This document shows, piece by piece, positions 1 through 13,326 of a stretch of 64,000 bases of DNA (the stretch's first letter is position 1; each line of letters begins with the position of its first letter). The position numbers and the translations under genes were made by a program. The notes beneath the pieces are model-generated. The model was not told the origin of the DNA. It searched no databases and saw only the letters and a program-made list of their open reading frames with translations. This stretch comes from Tubiluchus corallicola (Eukaryota > Animalia > Priapulida): contig JAQGDQ010000031.1 of assembly GCA_030141605.1 (NCBI GenBank), forward strand, positions 434,001 through 498,000. The letters run 5' to 3'.

Positions 1-174
1 CAGTTATGTTTTTATCTACCAGACAAACTAACGAATGTGTTTGAATATTTTGAATGTTAACATTTTGAATTTGTTTTCTAAAAATCGGAGTAGTTATTTT
101 CTGCACAACTCCATATGTAAAACGTAATGTCAGTGCCAAATGTTTTCGTAGTACATTTGCCTCGCTTCATTGCT

Positions 175-3100
175 TCATTTGTCTTGCTCGAGCAGCATTG
201 GATTAATCACCATTTGCTGAAGTTTGTTTAGATAGGCAAGTTTTGGCATCATCTGCAACGTACCAAAAAATTGTGTACCTATAAATCTTAGCACTAATGC
301 CTACATATAAGTGCATGTAAGTATTATTAAATTTGAAAACCTGCAATTTTTTTTAATTTTTTGACAACTGTGCCCTTATTCACATTTACAGTGATGGTGT
401 CTTATATTGCAGATAAACACTGTAAAATCTATAAAAATCAAACATCTGTCAGTTAAATTAAAATTATATCATCATCTGATTAAGGTATTACCCGCAACAC
501 TAAGCATATGATATCTTTTCCCTGCTTTTGGTGATTTTTCTCTAACTCGTACAATAACGTGTCCAGTAGGTGGCAGTGCAAAGCCCATGTTCCATGCTTG
601 TCTTCCAGATTTGGTCTGTCTAATGAAGTAAACAAATTATTATTATTATGCATAGTAGAATAATAATACATCAAAATGTAAACATTCCATAACTGCTGTC
701 TATCTGAGGGCATTCTGGAAGAATTGGACACATGAAATTTAATGTTGCAGACCCTGGCTTGAAGCAGGCAGTGGTCAAGCAAATCTACTCATATTTTTTG
801 TTTGCTGTTATCTCTGCCCTTTTTCTTGAACATGTTTTAAACATGCTACTCCAAACCAGCCAGTTGTGTTTATGCTTCAAATTAATTTCTGCGCAGTTAT
901 CACACAATTATCGAGAAAACTTACTTGGGTTTGTTAGCACAATCCCTTTCAGCAATGCAATTTCTGATCGTGTCAGCTGCATTGAGTTCAACTCTTCAGC
1001 AAATGCAAATATTCCTTCCACAAACTTGGGGGTCAGAAAGTGCAGCATCCACTGCTTAGAATATCGGACACCATTCTCAAAAAACAAATGCGAGTCTCCT
1101 TTGTAAAAGTACTTTGAATGTTCGATCTGCAAAAAAGAGTCAGATTATGACATAGTTAGAGTCAGAAAACTTACTCAACGTTGTGCAATATTTATAGCTG
1201 TTATTATTATTATTATTATTAATTTCTTGTCAATCTTGAGATGGTCATTGGTAGTACTTACCATCCAAACATCAAAATGCCCAAATTTTAGGAGAGTTTC
1301 TCCATCATGATTCAATTTTTCAAATCCGGGGATTTCTTTAGTGAAGTTCAGAACTCGTTTAAGTTGTAGCTGGACACTGCCCATCAAATTTTCCCACATT
1401 GACGATACTGTCTGTTTGTCCTGTAGGATTGACAACTGCAAATAGAAAGTTATCCTCTATGTATCCTAATACAGTGTAACATTTAGAAAAAGCAGCTGAA
1501 GGCAACTACTTAGATATTAAACGTGTGACGAAAAAAGGAAAAAGCTCGATTTTCATCATTATCGAAACATAAAATAATGTAATTAGTATAATTAACAATA
1601 TACTATTTACGAGTTGGTGTCATCATCAAAAATATTGTTACTTAGCCAATTGAAACAAGTCATACATTTTTTAAACTTACATAGCTAAGATTTTCACAAT
1701 AGTTTAAGAAATGGTTGTGACACTTCTTATATATTTCATCAGCAACAGATTGTGCTGCACACATTGCCTGTACAGTCTGGAGTTTCAGTTTTTCCGTGTT
1801 CTCATGACAGTCATCAACTATAATAAAGCAACGATATCTGAATAAATCTTCATTAATGTTCAACTGTAAATATTCAGTAACTTGAATGAAAATGCTGCAA
1901 AAACAGGTCAAAGTTGCCAGGCAATCATTTACTGTTGCCAGGTAACTTAACTAAATGGAAAGGATAGTTTTGTCATGTTGCCATTTGTTCTTAAAACTAC
2001 TAAGTAATAAATAACTTCCTCGAATTGAGCTACTAAATGTTAAGCTGATCTTCCAAGATCTGCTTAATAACTTATGTATTTAAAAGCTGTGCAGATTTCT
2101 GTCTTTTGGTCACTTATACTGTTCACTCAGAACACTTACCCCCTGTGCGAGACAGGAGTTTGCGAAAGAAGTTTGTCCACGTAGCTCTACCCTGCTTGCA
2201 ATGACCGCCACATAGACACTCTTTTGCACAGCTAGGATATTCATCAACAACACATTTTCTACCAAAAAAATTAAGTATTAGTTTAAGTTTAGGAAAATTA
2301 GGAAGGTTAAGTAATTATTAAATTCTTCTCAAGTTTGTACCAATACTGTTAAATGTATATAAATACTTGAACCTGCTCCAACATAAGTTAAATTTAAGTT
2401 TATTTACAATTCTATAGCATACTATCCATGCATTTACACGCTTTAGTCTAGAATGCTTTATAATACTTACAATCAAACATTACCCACTCTGATAATAAAT
2501 TTATAAATTGTATAGTGTTATTAGGGCTTCTAATCATTACCCAAGTTTTTCCCATTATTTCATTAAATGTCAAATTCAAGTATCAAAAAAAACTATAACA
2601 TGCAATGAGTTGTAAAAATAAGCACTTGGCAATGTATTCGCAATGGCTCAAGTGTGTGATTAGACACCTACAAACACCGTATTGCCTACAAATACTGAAA
2701 CTGCAAATGAGTTAATGAAATTGCTGACAACAGTTTAAAACTGTCTGTAGTGACTGTAAATAGCTAACTAGAAGATATTAATTACCGTTTCACCCTGTCT
2801 TTTCCCAATCCGCAGCCACAGTTACAGTCATCATAAAATGAACACATTCCAGCTGTTTGACAGGCTGTATTTGGTTCCTGTGCTGTAAGGACACTACAGT
2901 GTGTTCCACCGTCTCTGGATGTACATGTTTTATCACGTTCAATCTTTAGGTCACACAGTGAATGTCCTGAATCACACTCATCTCCACGCTCAGACATGGA
3001 ATTGCCTGAATTGCTGTCTCTTAATTCAGAGTCAGAACTTTCTGAGTCACACCCAGCTTTAAACTTTGACAGACAGTCTTCTGAGTCATACTCAATCTGA

Positions 3101-6100
3101 AGTTTAGGGGTAGAATTTCCCAAACTACACCCATTAAACATTGAATTTTCCAATCTAGTGCCAAAGGTAGAACTTATTGAATTGTACCCAACTTCAAATT
3201 TGCGTTTGGAATTTCTGAATCCAGGAATTTCTTCAAGTTCTGATATGGAATTTACTGAAGTTAAACAGTCTCCCATACTGTTACTGACATCATAATGAGT
3301 GATGTCTGTATCTTTTTCACGTGACATTTTTGCACTAAACCTAAATGTATCGCCAAGTTCTTTGCTTATAACACTGGAATCACATCTACCTCCACCATCA
3401 GTATCGCTTTTCTGAGTGTTGATTAATGGTATTTTCGCAGAACCACTGCTTGAAGAAATTCTTGACACAATATCATGAGCAGTGCCGTTGTGTACCAATG
3501 TTTCTTCATCATCTGTAGTGCATTCAGATGTGGAGTTTTTAGTGTACCGTTTCAATGTTTTTTCTAGGCTTTCATTGAGTGTTGTATGCTGTTCTAGACT
3601 AGCTGTGCTCTGAACGGTATCATGTGTATCAAAGCAGTTACCCATTTGCTGGGCTTTCTCTAGAAGTTCTTGACCTTTATTAATCAATTCTCGTGCTTGT
3701 CTTAACATGTTTGTTTTAAAATCCAGTTTACTATGGCTTCCACTAATATTGCATTTTATTATACCATGTTCATTTGAAAACCGATCGTGTTTCATTTGGT
3801 CTTCTTTGTGATCTTTATCGCATTGCAAGTGATTCTGTATCCAAATTTCACTACGATTAGCACAACATGTGTGCTCTGTAGGACGTTTTAATGATGATAT
3901 GCGATTACAAGAATGACAGAATTTACAATGATCACTTGATTTACATTTATTACTCTTTTGCTCAGTTACTTCATCAGGTGTCTGGGAGCAACAGGCCAAT
4001 GCTGTTGTATCAAAATCTAATCCATGAGCTTTTCCACCAACATTCCACTGAGTAGGGATATTGTCCTGTTGAATTGGAACATAACTTTGTTTCTCACAAA
4101 AGGAAATATTCTCTGTTTTAAACCTTGGATTATTAATTCTGGAATAACTAGGTGACATTTGTGGTACAGTAGTATCCTCAGTGGAATGACAGCCAGAGTC
4201 TGCAAATTAAAGTTTGACTTTTATTTTTATTCTTGCTCTATAGTACAAACGATGTTATAACATATCTTATGTAAAACGGAAAGACATTAAGTATTAACAA
4301 CTAGTACTCACCCGGAGATTCAATACTAACAGGAAAATTTAGCTCATAGTGTTGATCTGTAATCAAGCCATATTCATCTGCTGATTGTTTATCGCTACCA
4401 CTTAGCTTGCGAGATTTTAAGAAGTCTCTAACAGCTTTCTCTTTTTGTCTTTTTGGAATCCTGCCCATTTTCACAGCTTCAAATTTAAAAAAGTATTGTT
4501 CCATTATCATGACTATTAGAAATAACCACCAAAACATCTTCAAGTAATTTTCCTAAAATGTGAGTACTGTGATGTGAATTAGTATGGACGAAGTAAAATA
4601 GTAATTCATGGATGTTATTATCACAAAAACAGTAGGGCTCAGTAATTTTATTTGAGGTTTCTTATTTGCATTACTGATATTACAAATCACAACTGCGTCT
4701 GTTGCTACTTATCACATACAAGTTAATAATTGGCAATGACAATAGTGCAGATGGGTATATATGTTTATAAGCAAACAAGTAATTTTAAATACCGAATTCA
4801 TGTTAAATGTTAATGTTGAGCACATCACAAAAAAGTCATAACGAAGATGAAAAACGTTCCAGTTAAAAAATGTGAATTTTTATTATATCCAATCTATGGG
4901 CAGATGGCTATCAGGAATCGAGGAGACTACACAAAAGCATTTAAGGTTTTACTTAAGGAACATACCAGTGATTGCCATACCCATGCGAATGCACCGCTGG
5001 AATCTGCAGGCTTTGCATCTGTTGCGTGTGTCTGGTGTCAAACTACAACATCCGCCAAAGTAACAGCGATAACTGTCAGATTTATCAATGCTTCTCTTGA
5101 AGAATCCCTGTAAGTTATGAAACATGTTTAATTACTTTAATTTTTTTATTCCCAGGCCCACTGTGTGAATTACAAGAATGTTATGCATCCACCTCCTTAT
5201 CAGTGAAAGCTTCACATAATTTACTAATACAGTTTCCATAATTTGCCTAAACAGTTTCCACATAAATATATTTGAAAAATGTAGTGTGCTTTTGTCATTA
5301 AATGCAGCTTGGCCATAATAAATAAATTGCCACTAATGTGACTTGGGTATTATGGTCTATTACAAAATGGTATTTTGTGGTTCCTTCTTACAGCCAAAGG
5401 CGTATCAAGACTTTACGGCTCCCTAGTACTACCCCGCCCATCTCTATTATAAATTTATGGTTGTTTATGTAATGAGCAGATTAAACAATTACTTGTGGTA
5501 TATTAGAAACACTATTAACCAAGTTTTTACGTAGTCATTATTAACTACATGTATTTGCATAATGCTTATATTAAAACAGACTGCAGAACTGCTTGTTGTG
5601 TAATACTTTGCACCTGTTCGTTATGTGGCACTTGTATAAAAAGTCCGCTTGGTAACTACCTTTGGTGTGTTATAAAATGCGCCCTTCATATGAATGTGAA
5701 AGTATACACATTTTCCGAGGAGAATAAGAATTTTTTCTAAAATGTGACTTCTCACGCTTTGGCATCCTAGGCCTAGTTAGCCTATTGGTTAATATGCCCC
5801 TGCTTACAGCCTAGCCTTTGGATGATGTTTATCTTGCGACTTCCATGCATATGAGCGCCCTAACTCACCATCTCTGCTCACAAACTTTTAATAGATTCAT
5901 AACCATGGTGTAAACCTACATCAGAGTGTGGTGAAGCAATGGTGACTGGAGAACCACACTTAAATTTTAACTGCCATCTGTGTAATAACTATTTAAATAA
6001 CATTATATTTGATGGAAATAATACAGAAGACAAATTCTGAGACATCAACAGCCTGAAAGAAAAAACTATGTTGAACTAAAGAAAGATAAAGAACTAAGAG

Positions 6101-6295
6101 TTTAATAGGTACTATGGTGCAGCAGCTGCATGCATGAATAATGAAATAAAAAAAATCCTTATAAAAACATACCTTGCATCCCTCACAAGTTATTACCCCA
6201 TAATGTACACCTGTTGCACTCGCTTTGCAAATGCGGCATCTACTGAATGGATAGCAGATTTGTCCAGTATCTGTGTGTTTAATATCCATGCTCAT
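175..6295 (-). CDS. Nuclear hormone receptor, NR1 subfamily (ROR/HR3- and Rev-erb/E75-related, divergent), 10 coding exons, about 914 aa
   Basis: Phase-consistent GT-AG exons: 6173-6295, 4966-5107, 4312-4476, 2786-4199, 2140-2258, 1681-1880, 1262-1435, 925-1126, 492-619, 175-252 (2745 nt including TGA). C4 zinc fingers CRICKASATGVHYGVITCEGCK|GFFKRS and CYFGGCC...RNRCKACRFQRC. P-box CEGCKG. C-terminal extension AVKMGRIPKRQKEK. LBD motifs FTKEIPGFEKL..LLK and LNSMQLTRSEIALLKGIVLTNP|NRPNL. Exact subfamily group is uncertain. Confidence 0.88.
5395..5802. mobile_element. hAT-type MITE in nuclear receptor intron
   Basis: Imperfect TIRs CAAAGGCGTATCAA and TTAATATGCCCCTG, flanked by a perfect 8-bp direct repeat CTTACAGC (5387-5394, 5803-5810). 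Confidence 0.65.
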
Positions 6296-6489
6296 ACAGT
6301 CTCTTTTTTGAAGAAGTTTCTTAATTCAAAAGATGCATACTGCTTGTAAGTTTATAGCAGTAAAAGTTACTTTAAGAACCTTTAGTTGTTTTGTTGTATC
6401 TTGCAAGCTGAATCTGTCATGTTCTGGTCATGTCTCTGATCTCCAAGGATCTAAATCTTTTTGAATCACTATTTACGGCTTCAGCATTA

Positions 6490-6503
6490 GTTGCCATGGC
6501 AAC
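6490..6503. promoter_or_regulatory. RFX X-box (perfect palindrome)
   Basis: GTTGCCATGGCAAC matches the RFX X-box consensus and lies about 200 bp upstream of the receptor ATG. Confidence 0.55.
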
Positions 6504-6930
6504 TTGGGCAGTTCACGTAGGAATAGACGTGACATCTCTCTAATTACAAAATTGTTGACTTGTTCTCACAAATCATCATACTACCTAAAAATAAGCAGAC
6601 ATTTTTATTAGAAGATCCGTTTACACTGCCTTAGATTAGAAATGGCCACACTATAATAATAGGTTAAGTTAGATAAAAATAATGTAGATGCTCGAGTATT
6701 GGGTAGGTTTGGTTAGATGAGATGAAGTATTTAGCTCTCATATTGTAGCCACAAATTAGAACTAAAATGAAAAAGGAAAATCAAAAGTGAAAATAAATTT
6801 GTTAAAATGCCATTTTTATTCTTAGATTATTAAATTGTTTAATAATTAATTAATTAATTACACATTTAGGAATAATACCAAAATCATATTGTAAATCAAA
6901 AACCCAAGTGAAAAGAACAGAATGCAAAAA

Positions 6931-7310
6931 AGTCATGGTTCAACCTGGATTTGAACCAGAAATCTTTGGATTACAAGTCCAATTTCATGACCACTGTATC
7001 CCACAGCTGTTTGTTGTCAAGCCAGACTTTAATTAATTTTAGCCTAATAGCTTGTCAACCGTTCTAGCAATCTAAGTGTTATTTGACTTATTTCACTCAC
7101 ACTGTATAAAGTATTGCTAACTAGATTAATTTTTGTAATCAGTATAGAGCTAACACTTACAGCATGAATAATCAATTACTAATTTGTATAACCTTATCTT
7201 CAAGACACACAGTTATTGAAACCAAATGTTCTTAAAAGGGACGAATTGTGAAAAACCGTCATTGAGCCTGATTTGAACCAGAGACTTCTGGATTAACTAG
7301 TCCAGCAACA
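6931..7310 (-). repeat. Two degenerate tRNA-derived SINE head fragments
   Basis: Minus-strand B-box-like GGTTCAAATCCAGG near 6945-6958 and GGTTCAAATCAGG near 7267-7279, in similar sequence context. Confidence 0.35.
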
Positions 7311-7949
7311 AGTCTGGTGATCAAGGTGGCCTTAGCATGCATTAAGCTTAGACTTAAAGGAAAACAGTATGATTTTGATTTTTCATATACTACCCCAATT
7401 TCAAGTCCGATAAAAAGTATGCATTTTAACACAATTAATACAGCAAAACGTTTCTGATAATCTAAATAATCTTCATTGCATACATTGTGTGAGACTAGCT
7501 AGTATTGCGAATTTGCGATACAAAAGTTTATCCATGTAGACCCACAGCAGATTTTAGACTGACAGTTTTTATTAATTTTGTCAGTTTAATCGTCAAAATG
7601 GGCTTGGGGCGTTACGCACTCCTAGTGTTATGCTTAGGCATACACTGAAGCCATATACACTGAGTAAAATGAGTCCTGCATGTCATTGTACAAATACAAT
7701 TAACAATGTATTAACTATTCGTATGACAAAATAAGTGAGTTTACATCAGCCGCCGTTGACTTGGTAAAGCTTGCTTGTTAAGGGCACAAAATTATTACAT
7801 CGTAATGCACAATTTAATTCATTAAGCACAATCTTAATCAACTCACAATAACAGCTGTAACATGGCGTAATGAATATCTAGTACAAGATGATGCACACTT
7901 GACCGACATGCATTTGAAAGAAACACAGTGACGGGTGTCTAATAAAGGA

Positions 7950-7963
7950 GTTGCTATGGCGAC
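7950..7963. promoter_or_regulatory. Second RFX X-box-like site
   Basis: GTTGCTATGGCGAC, 2 mismatches from the perfect palindrome. Confidence 0.4.
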
Positions 7964-8056
7964 AGCTATAATTATTACCTCCCGCGCATAGCTTCTCACA
8001 TATTACAGTATTTTATACAAATGGGTGGACTATTCGAAGTAATATATGCACACAAT

Positions 8057-8435
8057 CAGGGCCTATTTCAGCCTAAGCAAGGCCCGGGGAAGTGGGGCGT
8101 GTGAGGGCCCATCGGGGGAGGGGGGCAGGCGCTACCATGGTTGGCGCCCAGAAAATTTTTGAACTGCTAGAACGCCGGAGAAGCATTTTCGAAGAGAAAA
8201 TATGGAGTTGTACAGTTGTTAAAGGAAAGAACAATTGAAAGAAAAACTGCTTTATTCTCAGACCAGTCCTTAGTACCCGTCAATACTGGCAAACGGCGCG
8301 CCTGCGACAAGAGGGAGAGAGGAGGCAGTATGTTCGCATAAAGCAAAAGAAAATGTTACCTTGGCGCGAGGCCCCCCTGGTGGGTGAGGCGCCGGGGAAG
8401 TATCCCCACTTCCCCCCCCCTTGAAATAGGCCCTG
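8057..8435. mobile_element. hAT-type MITE
   Basis: Perfect 14-bp TIRs CAGGGCCTATTTCA and TGAAATAGGCCCTG. Degenerate 8-bp TSD CACACAAT/CATACAGT. GC-rich interior. Confidence 0.7.
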
Positions 8436-9899
8436 CATACAGTGCACACACTGCAAAAGTACAAACTTATTATTTGTGAGTGATGCATTTTAACATGTCT
8501 TGTTAATCATAAATTACCTTTAAAGGCAATGAGGATTATTTTGTAGTATTCTTGTCGACGGCAGATTGAAGCACTATGCAACGAAATGCAATTTTACATT
8601 CTATCTATCCGCCCACCAAGCATGTGCACGGGGGGTTGAGCCCTGTTGTATTCATTGGTATATTATGTAAAAGTGTTTTGGGTAGTATGGCCCATAAGCT
8701 CTTCTAGACAAAGCTTCCTCAGGATTTTTATGGAAAGCCAAAAGAGGACACTCCATATGCGTGGTACGGTGAAAAGTCTAAAGAGCTTTCCTTTCGAAAG
8801 TCTGTGCGTGTCACTGCCACATGGGCAAACCTTTTTGTGCGGATCACAACGCATGCCACTAACGCATCAAAAACACTTTTTAGCACTGTCATTATAAATG
8901 CGAAGCCATCTATGAAATTCCACAGACAATAATTCACCAGACCTGTCTCATTATCGAGGCGAATTCTCTGTTAAAATGAGGTACTGGACGACAGAGATCT
9001 TTGTAGCCATAAAAATGTAAATATACCTTTCCGACAATAACAATCGGCAATGACTTGAGGAATAACATTTTAACAGTATGGCAAACAAAACTGCCCAGAA
9101 GCTATTAATTTCCCAGTAGTCGCCCAACCATTTACTGAATAGGCTCCATAATGCTTTAACTGCAACTGCAAAGCACGTATATACGTAAATGCGCACTACA
9201 TAGCTACTTAATTGCTGCCATCCCACACATCTTTAAACTTATTTATAATTTACTGTAACTTGTACAGCTTACTGTAATTAATTCTAAATCCTGCCATTTT
9301 TTCTTGAGAAAAATTATACTTTTAAGAACACTGAAGGTAAACCAGTTTTCCCCACGTACCAGTAACCTAACATAAGCAGTTAACTTGTACACAAACTTGT
9401 ACCTCTACCGATACACGCCTTGTACCTCAACCGATAATCCATGCCAAAAATGACGTACTTGATTAGGTAAATCATGCTGGCGTAAACATGAAGCCAAAGA
9501 ATATACGTAAACGATGCTCCTCCACTGTTCGATCAAGCATATTGCATTTCACACATGAAAAATATTTTTAAATTAAATTTCAGAACAGACTCAAACATAT
9601 TTTTAAGTACCCATGTTGGTTTTAAAAACTCTCTGAAGTGGCATATGAAAAACGTATTTGCAAGTTAAAATAATGCACTTGCACAAATAAACACTGCATT
9701 AGTGGTCGTTTCACAAAAGAAGCTTTCGGTGGCTTTCTGAAACCTTTCTTGAGATTTTATGAACTTGCTATATTAATAATTTTCTGGACTGTAATCTTGA
9801 AATTTATACATTCAAGATATAGGCTTAGAATACCAGTTACTTTACTATAGTATATCGGATCTGTCGGCTAAACCAAATTAACCTAATGTCGAAAATTCA

Positions 9900-10185
9900 T
9901 ATCCAAATCGAATTCGAATTCAGTTTTAATCATTAAAAAAGCGGTCTCACAAAAATCTTACTTGATTTTATTCTGCAATAAAACACTAATAATTTGTGTA
10001 AAAATTGTGCGCATAAACTGCAGCTGATTCCATGACGCTTTGAATGTTTTCATTATAAAGAATGCATGCAGTTGAACTGCTGAATTAGTCGAATCTATAT
10101 AATTTTGCGTATGGATCGAATTCAAACTAAAAAAACTCGTTCGAATCGAATTTGAATGTTCAAAATCGGTTCGAACGTTTGAATT
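9900..10185. mobile_element. Partial copy of the TTCGAA-rich hAT MITE family
   Basis: Shares the internal sequence (ttctgcaataaaac...gttcgaatcgaat) with the element at 12173-12581. Termini not recognisable. Confidence 0.5.
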
Positions 10186-10934
10186 GCCAGCAGCCAATAT
10201 TACAGGAAAAGGAAGTGTGCATTGTTTTCGTATTATTTTTCGTTGCCAGATGGCAGCACTATGCAGTAAAGTACGTGCCAACTTTAATTGCTACAGTGTT
10301 TGAACAATTTCTTGAAAATTTTATTTTAAGCAAGCTCCTGACTCAAACTTTTAGCAGCTGATTTTTTTCAAAGCAAAGTATACAAGCTTACAAAAAAGTC
10401 CACTGTGCCCCTGACAAGTCGGCACTTTTCTGGAACACCAATTACTTTGAATAAAATAAGTAGCCGTGCAACCATTTGAGACAGGCGTTTTACATAACAT
10501 AAGATTTTCAAGCAATTGATCAAAAACTATACCAATTTGGTGCATATACTTTAATACTGACTACTGACAGATGTGACCAACTTATTCTTGAATTATTCAC
10601 TTAACGTTGGCACATATATACCCCTGAAAAATAGGGTACCCCGTCTGGTCATCTACAGTTAGGCATGGTTCATATTCCAGTCAACAGAGGCATCCGCACA
10701 ACATTTAATTTGCACAAAAATAAAATAAGAACTTTAAACGAAAAAATGTGCTTTGTTCATTCTATAAATAGACGTGTTAGTTTTGACATAAAAAGACGTC
10801 AAAAACAAATTGTGTTTAGAAAGCTGCAGAATAAGAATGAAACACAATAATTGCTTGTTTGCAATGCCAGAAAACTACGTACATAAAGAGTTTATACTGA
10901 CAACAATTAACAACTCAATCAAATGCAACAAGTC

Positions 10935-11291
10935 CATAACCGGATTCCTCTATAGGGTAGCATAGGCTGTAGCCTAGGGCCCCAAGCTTGCGGGTTCTGC
11001 TAAAAAAATTCAAATATATTTTTTGAAAAATGATTATAATATTTTGTGTTGGAGAACAATACGTTTAACTTAAAATAAAATTTCAACAAAAAAAAGGAGG
11101 CATATGAGTCTGAAAACCTAACTTAAAAAAGCGGCACCTCATTTGATATAACCTGCCCCTTTTGAGCCCTTTTATTTGACTTAAGGAACCACCTGTTTGA
11201 AGCCCTTTATTTGAGAATTAGTGGGTGGCTCCGTGTGAGGCGGGACAATTTCATTAGCCTAGGGGACACAGTTGGTTATTATCCACTTCTG
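10935..11291. mobile_element. Old hAT-type MITE
   Basis: Degenerate TIRs (CATAACCGGAT and ATCCACTTCTG), subterminal GCCTAGGG motifs, TSD AACAAGTC/AGCAAGTC (7 of 8). Confidence 0.5.
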
Positions 11292-12172
11292 AGCAAGTCA
11301 CGTGAAATTACTTTAGTCAATGTCTACAATGCTATTGAATAATAAAATTGCCCTGCCAGAATTCGAGAAAACTGTCTTCACTTCTCAATCCTCCATAAGA
11401 CGTGTAATTTTTCTCGACGATTTGAAAACTTTGACTGTATGTCAGCTAATTTTCAAACGAGTCTAGCAGTTACATCATATCTTCCTTAACCGTACAAATT
11501 ATAATTATAATGCATGCTCCACTTTTACTTTTGCTTGCATATTTTGTTTTTCTCACTACAAAGATCATGTTATTTTATTTTGCTCATTGCTTCAGAAGTT
11601 ATCATTAAGTTGCATTATATTTGACATTGATTCTGAAAAAAATATGTAATCTATTTTGTTTTTCTCACTACATATATTGATTTTATTATATTAATTTGCT
11701 CATGGTTTCAAATTTATCAATGAGTTTTATTATATTTTCACACTGATTCGTATGTAGTTTATTTGGTTGCACATTCATACTTCAGCGTATATTTTGTTTA
11801 CTCCATTTCTGTTTCTCCGTATTTGTTCTCTTGTTCCATAGTCCATGCAGTAATGTAAAGAAATGACATATTTGATTGAATACCATTGCATATTTCCGTT
11901 CCATAATATTTCGTTCATTTTTATCATATATATTTTGTTTTTTTAGTGATTCTTCATTTATAATTCAATTTCTTTTCCATTTGGTTTGACTTGATTTTAT
12001 AGCTTAATCAGTTAATTATATTTTTTTACAACATAGTTGGTTGAACATCCGTATCATAATTATTGTGTCCGTGTCGCATATACTCGATTTAGTTACTGCA
12101 TTTTCAAGTTCAATTTTGTCCCCTATGGATTTACAGTAGCAGTTGATTTTCGTCTTCTCATACCCTGTACAG

Positions 12173-12581
12173 TAGGGGTGAGCATTCTCTACCAGAAAGC
12201 GAATTCGAATTGAACCGAATTTGTGACTTTCGAATTTGAATCGAACCGAACGTCAGTGTTTCGAATTCGGTGCGAATTCGAATTGAGATTGAAAGATTTT
12301 CGAACAAGTTTTCGAACCACTAGTGAAAATTAGTCTTAGAAAGATCATGCATATCACTCAATTTTGTTCTGCAATAAAACGACTAGTAATTTGTTTAAAA
12401 TTGTGCACAGAAATCACAGCAAAATTATGCTAATTGCATGATATTTCAGTCGTTTTAATGATAAAGAACACTATGTGATTGAAGTGCTGAATTATTCGAA
12501 TCCTATAGCTTTAGCTGCGAAATGAGTTCGAACTAAAAAAAGTCGTTCGAATCGAATGCGAACGTTCGATGCTCACCCCTA
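12173..12581. mobile_element. hAT-type MITE (TTCGAA-rich)
   Basis: TIRs TAGGGGTGAGCAT and ATGCTCACCCCTA. Perfect 8-bp TSD CTGTACAG (12165-12172, 12582-12589). Confidence 0.85.
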
Positions 12582-13326
12582 CTGTACAGTAGTGCTACAA
12601 ATTTTTTACAATTTGCACTAACTTGAGAAGGGTAGCTGCATGACATGATGACCAATCGATAATGACCATTGGTGATTATGATTATTAGACATGATGATTA
12701 TTGATCTTTTGCTATCCTTTCTCCTGCATCTCTAGCACTTACCTTTATTCACAATTTTTCTTGATCAATTATTAATTATGGCAATTATAGCCTATATTGC
12801 ATTCTGGTGTAAATGAGGAGATAAGTGAAAAATGTCTATGTCTTGTATATGAGTCACGAGTGTGTGGTCAATCCAACTAAACATAAAATGAAGTTGACTC
12901 AAATTGCACACACTCCCGTCACTCAGTAAAAGTTTCCGCATTGAAAGAAACAGAAATTCGTGCTTCACGCCACAGTTCGAATCTCTCTGATTGAGAAATT
13001 TAAATTATCATGATTTCAAAATATGAATCTTAACTTGAGTTATATCTTTGCGAGAACAGTAAAACATTTCTTGACTTGTTTTATGTACTTTTGTTCTACT
13101 CACATTTAAAAGTTTCTGCTAGTCATAACTAGATTTTTGATAAGCTTTTCATCGATAGCTCTGCTGAAGACAAGTTTTATCACGAAATTCAGTTTGACAT
13201 TTTTAATTTGTTTTCAAATACCACAATGGTTGTGCACTTTATTGTAGATAATCTGTTTAATTTCGTGGGGGCATAAATGCGTAAGTAAAGTCCAAATAGA
13301 ATGGCACTCTATTACTTTAGATTCCA

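Noticed and set aside
808-888. Alternative receptor terminal exon after 925
   Set aside because: It would need a 36-nt intron and lacks LBD helix 9-10 similarity. Exon 492-619 fits better.
732-1106. 124-aa plus-strand ORF
   Set aside because: Antisense shadow of receptor LBD exon and intron, with no recognisable motifs.
8519-9237. Possible Kolobok-type element (TTAA-AG...CT-TTAA)
   Set aside because: Terminal match beyond TTAAAG is poor and there is no convincing transposase or THAP remnant.
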